Shown one piece after another: positions 58,071-64,000 of a DNA stretch of 64,000 nt (positions within the stretch are counted from its first letter, which is position 1; every line of letters starts with the position of its first letter). The notes beneath the pieces are model-generated. The model had not been told where the DNA came from. It did no database searches and was given only the letters and a program-made list of their open reading frames with translations. Source of the DNA: Candidatus Poribacteria bacterium. GTDB taxonomy: Bacteria > Poribacteria > WGA-4E > WGA-3G. A program made the translations under genes and the position numbers. The stretch covers positions 12,818 to 76,817 of the forward strand of contig JAJEAG010000051.1 in assembly GCA_022824265.1 (NCBI GenBank), read 5' to 3'.

Positions 58071-58703
58071 TTACTGACCGAGGACAAAGAGTACAAAGCG
58101 TTTTACAACGATGTTTTCTCCGAGTTGTGCTATAGCATCCTTGACAAGGTCCTCAATTGTTTTATCGGCATCGCGAATATAAGGTTGTTTTAATAGACAT
58201 GCTTCCGAGTAATATTTAGAAACCCGTCCATCAACAATTTTATCAACAATATGGTCAGGTTTACCTTCTTGTAGAGCCTGCGTTTTCAGTATAGCTTTTT
58301 CAGCATCAAGTTCCTCAGCAGGCACTTCGTCTTCGGTGACATATTTCGGTTTCGCTGCAGCGACTTGCATAGCGATCTCTGTAGCTAATTTCTGAAATTG
58401 TTCTGTTCGTGCAACAAAGTCGGTTTCGCAGTTCAACTCAACTAATGTGCCAACACGGTTGCCGGGATGGATGTATGAGATTATTAATCCCTCTTCTGTT
58501 GCCCGTCCGCCCTTTACTTCAGAAGCGCGCAAGCCTTGCTCGCGCAATTTCTTAATTGCGGCGTCAATATCACCATCCGTTTCTGTTAGTGCTTTTTTGC
58601 AGTCCATAATTCCGGCACCAGTGCGCGTACGCAACTCACTGACCATTTTTGCTGTAATTGCCATGTTTCCTCCAATTTTAATCCGTATATAAGTGCCAGA
58701 CAT
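58071..58703 (-). CDS. tsf: Elongation factor Ts (short form)
   Basis: AITAKMVSELRTRTGAGIMDCKKAL N-terminal UBA-like motif. Confidence 0.9.
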   Translation of the reverse strand: MSGTYIRIKIGGNMAITAKMVSELRTRTGAGIMDCKKALTETDGDIDAAIKKLREQGLRASEVKGGRATEEGLIISYIHPGNRVGTLVELNCETDFVARTEQFQKLATEIAMQVAAAKPKYVTEDEVPAEELDAEKAILKTQALQEGKPDHIVDKIVDGRVSKYYSEACLLKQPYIRDADKTIEDLVKDAIAQLGENIVVKRFVLFVLGQ

Positions 58704-58895
58704 TCACCCACATATCATTAGGCCGTTATACTGGCACCGTCATTTTTGACTTTTAAAATTATAGACTATATGAACTATATGATATATGATTCGTATATGT
58801 GAGTTTTTGAGTACTAATAAGACTTACGCAATTCTCACGATTTCTCAAAATATTATGACTCAAACGTCGTAATTTTCAAGAGAATTGTGAGTTTC

Positions 58896-58918
58896 AGGCG
58901 CGCTTTGTAAGCGCGCCT
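58896..58918. repeat. GC hairpin repeat AGGCGCGCTTTGTAAGCGCGCCT between rpsB and tsf
   Basis: 10-bp perfect stem with a TGT loop. Same core as 21531 and 45745. Confidence 0.6.
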
Positions 58919-58984
58919 ACCGTTTTGTGCGTAAGTCCTGATACTAATTTGAAAATAGTCCACTCCGTTAAACTACTGTATGAC

Positions 58985-59872
58985 TTAACGTTGTCGTCGT
59001 GATCTTCTTTTTGGACGAGGTTGACGTGCTTGACGTTGTTCACTATCACCGATTGCTTCGGGTTCAGCTGAAAGCTGTTCTTCATCAACCATCTGTGCTG
59101 TCTGTTCTTCATGACGTTCCGTTTCAGCTACTTTATCAATCTGGTTTTCTTCAGCTTGAACTTTTTCTTCTTCAACCTGTTCACCTTCCAATGCATCCCC
59201 ACGTCCTTGAATAACTGCTTCAGCTAAAACCGAGCAGACTAACCGGATTGACCGGATTGCATCATCGTTACCAGGGATAGGAAGGTCGATAGGATCAGGA
59301 TCACAGTTTGTATCTACTAATGCGATGATTGGAATACCAAGTTTGTTTGCTTCAGCAATAGCGGTATGTTCTTTGCGCGTATCTGTGACAATAACGACTT
59401 CAGGAAGGATAGACATCTCTTTGATTCCTGTGAGGTTATTAGACAATTTCCCCATTTCGCGTCTGAGACGAATGATCTCTTTTTTTGGACGTTTATCAAG
59501 TTCACCACTCGTTTCTTCTGCTTCAAGTGTTTCTAACCTACTGATACTTTGTCGGATAGTCTGGAAATTAGTTAACATCCCTCCGAGCCAACGGTGGTTG
59601 ACATAGTACATGCTACACCGCATAGCTTCTTCAAGAACTGCTTCCTGAGATTGTCGTTTAGTACCTACAAAAAGAACCGAACCACCTTGTGTTGCGACGC
59701 TCTTTACATATTCAACTGCAGTTTCAAGCATCGAAAGTGTCTGTTGTAGATCAATAATATAAATACCATTCCGCTCAGCGAAGATGTACTCTGCCATCTT
59801 CGGATTCCAGCGCCGTGTTTGGTGACCAAAGTGTACTCCACATTCAAGGAGTTCCTTCATTGTTACTGACAA
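58985..59872 (-). CDS. rpsB: 30S ribosomal protein S2 with an acidic/basic C-terminal extension
   Basis: [23 protein letters not shown]-terminus. The ~60-aa tail is rich in E/Q and ends [13 protein letters not shown]. Confidence 0.93.
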   Translation of the reverse strand: MSVTMKELLECGVHFGHQTRRWNPKMAEYIFAERNGIYIIDLQQTLSMLETAVEYVKSVATQGGSVLFVGTKRQSQEAVLEEAMRCSMYYVNHRWLGGMLTNFQTIRQSISRLETLEAEETSGELDKRPKKEIIRLRREMGKLSNNLTGIKEMSILPEVVIVTDTRKEHTAIAEANKLGIPIIALVDTNCDPDPIDLPIPGNDDAIRSIRLVCSVLAEAVIQGRGDALEGEQVEEEKVQAEENQIDKVAETERHEEQTAQMVDEEQLSAEPEAIGDSEQRQARQPRPKRRSRRQR

Positions 59873-60079
59873 AAATAACCTCCTGGGTTAGTAGGAGTCC
59901 AAAGACTCCAATTGGGTTTGTACGTCCACCTCCTTCATATTTGCATCAGACTCCCAAAAAGAGAGAACCCGCCGTGCAAATCTGGAGGTGTGTATCTCTG
60001 TTAAATCTATTATTCTTGTATGGTCAAATTGTGTTAATTATACCACGTTTCTATAGGGCATGCAACTATTTTTTCTATC

Positions 60080-61225
60080 GTGAATAGGGATGTGAAATCA
60101 TTTCTCAACCTCATTTCTGTCTATACGTCTACGATTAAAATGGAGGCAAAAATGCAGAAATTATTTGAACAAGTAGCAGCACATCTCAACATAAATATTG
60201 CTGAGATTAAAGTTGAGTCGATTCATCACGGTTCCTTACAGAAACATAATGTGTGTCGTCTTAGAATCGGGACCGACAGTTATCTACTCAAACAGCACGA
60301 TATTACTGCCCAGGTGCCCCAAACAAGTTTTACACCATTTCAAATAGAGAGGCACACAATATCAATATTACACAATGGTGGTTTATGTGTGCCAAGAATG
60401 ATATGGAACTCTGAACAACAAAGTGCGTTATTATTGGAATGGTGCGGGAACAAAACACTTGATTTCTTAGCACAGAGAAGTTCAAAGGTAGACCTTATTC
60501 CTCTCCTTAACACTATCCTATCTGAAATGTGCAGGTTTGAAGCCTTTTTTGCTAAATACAGTACACAATTCCAGCCTTATATATTCCACTATGATCATAA
60601 GAAGAATCTCAAATATCTACTTGAACAGGGTAGAAAAACAATCGGTTATTTGGAACATCTAAGAAAGACTCCGCATATAGAGTTACAAACAAAGCAAATT
60701 GACGCAGCTTGGATATCTATTTCCAATCGGTTGCTTGAAGCAACACCTACCTTAGACAGTCTTGACTACCAAGCACACAATATTGTAATAGATGGTGAAC
60801 TACCAACTTTTATTGACTTTGGAAGTATTGGGTGGGATTGGCAAGAAAGAAGGTTAGTGCAGTACTTTAACAGCATTGGAGCACATCAGGAAGGGACAAA
60901 CTTCGTTTCATTGTTGAACCGTGAATTGGTTGAAACTTATGCAGAATGGGTTACCCAGCATCGGGACAAAGTGAAAGTTGCCGATGTATCTGCACGTGTA
61001 GATGCACATCACCTGCTTTTTTATTTGACTGTTGTCCATAAGATTTTGGAGGCGGTTGCACGATCAGAAACAGTTGAGAACCAAACTTTTATCCATGCAT
61101 GGGGTGATATACGATCAAGATTTCAATGCGCGATTTCAATAATTATTGAGACTAATTTGAGTGATGATGAGGATACAAACCTAATTCGTGAGATGATTAG
61201 AGAATTACATACAACCATTTCATAG
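60080..61225 (+). CDS. Hypothetical protein with a protein-kinase-like / aminoglycoside-phosphotransferase-like fold signature (possibly non-catalytic)
   Basis: YQAHNIVIDGELPTFIDFGSIGWD resembles the catalytic-loop plus DFG region of PKL-fold enzymes, but the catalytic Asp position reads H-N rather than H-x-D. Confidence 0.35.
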   Translation: MNRDVKSFLNLISVYTSTIKMEAKMQKLFEQVAAHLNINIAEIKVESIHHGSLQKHNVCRLRIGTDSYLLKQHDITAQVPQTSFTPFQIERHTISILHNGGLCVPRMIWNSEQQSALLLEWCGNKTLDFLAQRSSKVDLIPLLNTILSEMCRFEAFFAKYSTQFQPYIFHYDHKKNLKYLLEQGRKTIGYLEHLRKTPHIELQTKQIDAAWISISNRLLEATPTLDSLDYQAHNIVIDGELPTFIDFGSIGWDWQERRLVQYFNSIGAHQEGTNFVSLLNRELVETYAEWVTQHRDKVKVADVSARVDAHHLLFYLTVVHKILEAVARSETVENQTFIHAWGDIRSRFQCAISIIIETNLSDDEDTNLIREMIRELHTTIS

Positions 61226-61234
61226 ATTAGAGAC

Positions 61235-61648
61235 CTACTGTTCAGGTATAATTATTACCTGCTGAAGATTTGTTAGAAACTCCTGTACTTCTGGCGTTGA
61301 TGGCTTTACAGTTTCTGTTGATAAACCGGGATTATGAAATTTATCTTGGTATGAATTTAACACATCATACAACAATTTCAGTTCAATCTGTCTATTACGA
61401 ATAGCCTCGCGAACTGTCTCAAATTGTGCTTCTACATTTTCCTGGGGAATTCCATCAGGACGGTTTTTTAAAAGGATCCTTTCAGTACCATTTAGAGCAC
61501 GTCCTGCTGTCCAGTACCGCAACCCTTCGGTTCCGCCAACTTGGTAATAAAGTATTACACCGATCCCGAAAAGTACAATCAGAGTCAACAACAGAAACAC
61601 AAGAACTCTACGGTAACAACCACTAATCTTTTGTGCTATGAGAGACAT
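61235..61648 (-). CDS. Small membrane-anchored hypothetical protein
   Basis: Single N-terminal TM segment VLVFLLLTLIVLFGIGVILYY. Abuts the upstream gene with no gap. Confidence 0.4.
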   Translation of the reverse strand: MSLIAQKISGCYRRVLVFLLLTLIVLFGIGVILYYQVGGTEGLRYWTAGRALNGTERILLKNRPDGIPQENVEAQFETVREAIRNRQIELKLLYDVLNSYQDKFHNPGLSTETVKPSTPEVQEFLTNLQQVIIIPEQ

Positions 61649-62767
61649 CTATATTTTTACCCCTTCACGAATTGTAATAGCAGCATTGATCTTCTGAGAA
61701 CCAATAAACTTTATATCGTGTGCATCAAAATATTCAAATTCCCCATCAAGTAATTCCAATACTGCAACATCTGCGGTAGTTCCTATTTTTAGGTTACCAA
61801 GTTGGTTTTCGCGTTTGATTGCTTTAGCAGCATTCACAGTTGCTTTTTCAATAACCTCCTCTAACGAGAGTCCAAGATGCATCAATTTTGATAACGTTGT
61901 CGGCAGGTCGTATACGGGACCGTCAATATTACCTGTGTGTAGGTCAGTGCTGATGACATCAGAAATAAAACCTTGTTCCATTGCACGTTGTGCGACTTCA
62001 TAGTGAAAACTTCCTGCCCCGTGTCCAACATCAAATATCACACCATTTCGCTGTGCATTCCAAGCTTCAGGAATAATTTTACCTTTATCGTCAATGATGT
62101 TGTCACCATTTCCTTGAAAGCAGTGTGTAATCACATCACCCGGTCTCATCAATTCCAAAACTTCTGGAAGTGGCACACCTGCACCGATATGACACATCAC
62201 AGGTGTTCCCGCCTGTTCGGCTGCTCTGATAGCGAGTTTCAACGGTTCTACACCGTTATCACCTACTTGCGATTTACCTTGTCGCACTTTCACACCAACA
62301 GTGATGTCACGATTAGTTTTCAATGTATCAGCAACACGATCTGGATCAGCATAGGCAAGATCATACATCTCTCCGACAGGACCGTAGACAAGTCCAATAC
62401 CGGAAATATGGACATAGTTTAAGATGTTCGTTTGTGCTGGCTCTGCGATGAATTCTCGGAAACCTGGGAAAGTTGCCCAACTTGCACTGCCAGCATCAAC
62501 AACAGTTGTTGTTCCTGAAGTAGGACATACATTATCTGCCTTAATTCCCCATGTCGTAACTCCATAGTAGACGTGCGTATGTATGTCTATCAGTCCAGGT
62601 GTGACATATCGGTTTTTAGCAGAAATAGTCTCTTTAGCAGCTGTTTTTGGAATGTCGTTATCAACCGCAGCGATGACTCCATCCGCAATAGCGACATCAC
62701 GAATTGCATTCAATCCTTGGGCAGGATCTAAGACAGTCCCACCTTTGAGTAGTATATCGTATTTCAC
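61649..62767 (-). CDS. Amidohydrolase-superfamily metallohydrolase (dihydroorotase-like; EF_0837-type deacylase family)
   Basis: LIDIHTHV metal-binding motif, CHIGAG, and DVGHG motifs. Confidence 0.7.
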   Translation of the reverse strand: MKYDILLKGGTVLDPAQGLNAIRDVAIADGVIAAVDNDIPKTAAKETISAKNRYVTPGLIDIHTHVYYGVTTWGIKADNVCPTSGTTTVVDAGSASWATFPGFREFIAEPAQTNILNYVHISGIGLVYGPVGEMYDLAYADPDRVADTLKTNRDITVGVKVRQGKSQVGDNGVEPLKLAIRAAEQAGTPVMCHIGAGVPLPEVLELMRPGDVITHCFQGNGDNIIDDKGKIIPEAWNAQRNGVIFDVGHGAGSFHYEVAQRAMEQGFISDVISTDLHTGNIDGPVYDLPTTLSKLMHLGLSLEEVIEKATVNAAKAIKRENQLGNLKIGTTADVAVLELLDGEFEYFDAHDIKFIGSQKINAAITIREGVKI

Positions 62768-62770
62768 TTG

Positions 62771-63463
62771 CTATACACCACGTTTTTCACCCCAGATATC
62801 AACATGGACACGCGGTGAGAAACGATATCCATTTTCTTTACAGAGTTCAACTAACCATTCCTGTTTCTCATGTAATACATGGGAGGTTTTACCTTGGGGC
62901 ATCAACATGATCATTTCAGATGAAATGTCAATGTCTTGCTGTAACGTCTTTATTTCTGCAAGATCTTCCGGTGTGTCTACCACAAATTTTACTTGGCATG
63001 GATACGTGTCTAAAAACTTCCGTATAACTTCAGGTCGGATACGTTCACGTTCGTGACGTGCAAAGAATCTATCGTCTTCTGAAGGATTGGAATTCCGCAA
63101 TTTAGGACTCATCGAAATTAAATGTGCTGCAACATTCGCATAGACCGTTGCATTCGTTTCAATCGTGATATGATGTCCTTGTTTGTCCAACTCATGACAA
63201 AGTGTCATCAATTCCTTTGTTTGGATAAATGGTTCACCACCGGTGATAACGACGTGCTTACATCCAAATTGTGCAATAGCTGCCACGGATTCAGCAACGG
63301 TAATATCCTTATTTTCTGGTGTCCAAGATGTATAAGGAGTGTCGCACCAAACACATCTCAGATTGCAATAACTTGTTCGGAAGAAAACAGAAGGAACTCC
63401 TATCAGCGTCCCTTCTCCCTGAATTGTATGGAACAGTTCGCTATATTTCATAGGATACCTCAC
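62771..63463 (-). CDS. queE: 7-carboxy-7-deazaguanine synthase (radical SAM)
   Basis: CNLRCVWCDTPYTSW radical SAM cluster motif characteristic of QueE; 230 aa. Confidence 0.88.
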   Translation of the reverse strand: MRYPMKYSELFHTIQGEGTLIGVPSVFFRTSYCNLRCVWCDTPYTSWTPENKDITVAESVAAIAQFGCKHVVITGGEPFIQTKELMTLCHELDKQGHHITIETNATVYANVAAHLISMSPKLRNSNPSEDDRFFARHERERIRPEVIRKFLDTYPCQVKFVVDTPEDLAEIKTLQQDIDISSEMIMLMPQGKTSHVLHEKQEWLVELCKENGYRFSPRVHVDIWGEKRGV

Positions 63464-63502
63464 TGTTCAGGATTCGGAACAAGATTTACTTTCTAAAATG
63501 CC

Positions 63503-63874
63503 CTATGCTTCAATGAGTTCTATCTGAACATTATCTGGTCCCTTGAAAAATGCCATCATCAGACCAGAGGGTTTCAGGTCTTCAAGTTCTGCCCCTTTTT
63601 CCTGTAGGTCAGCAACAGCAGCATCAAGGTCTTCTACTGTAAATGCAAGTTGATAAACACCCCAACGTGGATTACCACTTGTGGGTTCAACGTCCATGTC
63701 TCCAAATTTGGGTGAAAGGAAGATGTTTTCACCACCAATTTCCATACGTACAATTTTTAATCCTCGCACCTCAACGGTGTCGGTAACCTTTCCGTCAAAC
63801 ATCTTTTCATAATATTCGACTGCGCCGTCAAGGTCTTCACATCTGAGATGTATATGATGAAATGTATATGCCAT
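63503..63874 (-). CDS. VOC-family protein (glyoxalase/bleomycin-resistance/dioxygenase fold)
   Basis: HIHLRCEDLDGAVEYYEKMFDG N-terminal VOC motif; 123 aa. Confidence 0.65.
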   Translation of the reverse strand: MAYTFHHIHLRCEDLDGAVEYYEKMFDGKVTDTVEVRGLKIVRMEIGGENIFLSPKFGDMDVEPTSGNPRWGVYQLAFTVEDLDAAVADLQEKGAELEDLKPSGLMMAFFKGPDNVQIELIEA

Positions 63875-64000
63875 TAAATGACTCCTATTAATAAATTGTT
63901 AATGTATTTCCTGAAACCATTTCTGTTATCAACATTTAATTCGCAATTCTTTTTGAACAATTTAGTCTCTGCAAAGACGTATCATGTATTTGCAAATTTA

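Overview
This 64-kb window is bacterial chromosomal DNA, moderately AT-rich (by eye, not computed). Most genes use Shine-Dalgarno sites and TAA/TAG/TGA all terminate genes. I called about 50 protein-coding genes.

Coding content:
- Housekeeping loci: hemB, trpS, priA, a family-4 uracil-DNA glycosylase, and an rpsB-tsf-frr-cdsA-dxr-rseP cluster.
- A queE-containing operon and futalosine-pathway menaquinone genes (mqnA/D-like plus an mqnC/E-like radical SAM) next to a Fur-family regulator.
- argJ, an S41 C-terminal processing peptidase, an Mrp/ApbC ATPase, and a PhoB-like response regulator adjacent to an ABC-transporter ATPase with a C-terminal TOBE-type domain (as in ModC/CysA/PotA/MalK), neither with an obvious partner.
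- Five Gfo/Idh/MocA oxidoreductases, two of them a tandem duplicate, plus a ThuA-like protein.

Leads for the hunt:
- The most striking feature is a 2015-aa secreted multidomain protein at 36161..42208. Its domains, read from motifs, are: signal peptide, a planctomycete-type cytochrome-c module with two CxxCH sites, three duplicated blocks of internalin-like leucine-rich repeats, a beta-sandwich region, a cohesin-like domain, a two-repeat dockerin, and a C-terminal T9SS-type sorting domain.
- A tandem pair of acidic secreted paralogs of unknown function.
- Remnants of two different IS630-family transposases nested together, next to a hyuB gene with no hyuA.
- An outer-membrane-like gene whose signal peptide is cut off from the mature part by two in-frame TGA codons.
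- Several dispersed intergenic repeat families. One is a ~220-bp composite element present as direct copies flanking a 4.6-kb segment, plus an inverted mosaic copy.

No rRNA, tRNA or CRISPR array was recognised. All family assignments rest on motif reading without database searches.
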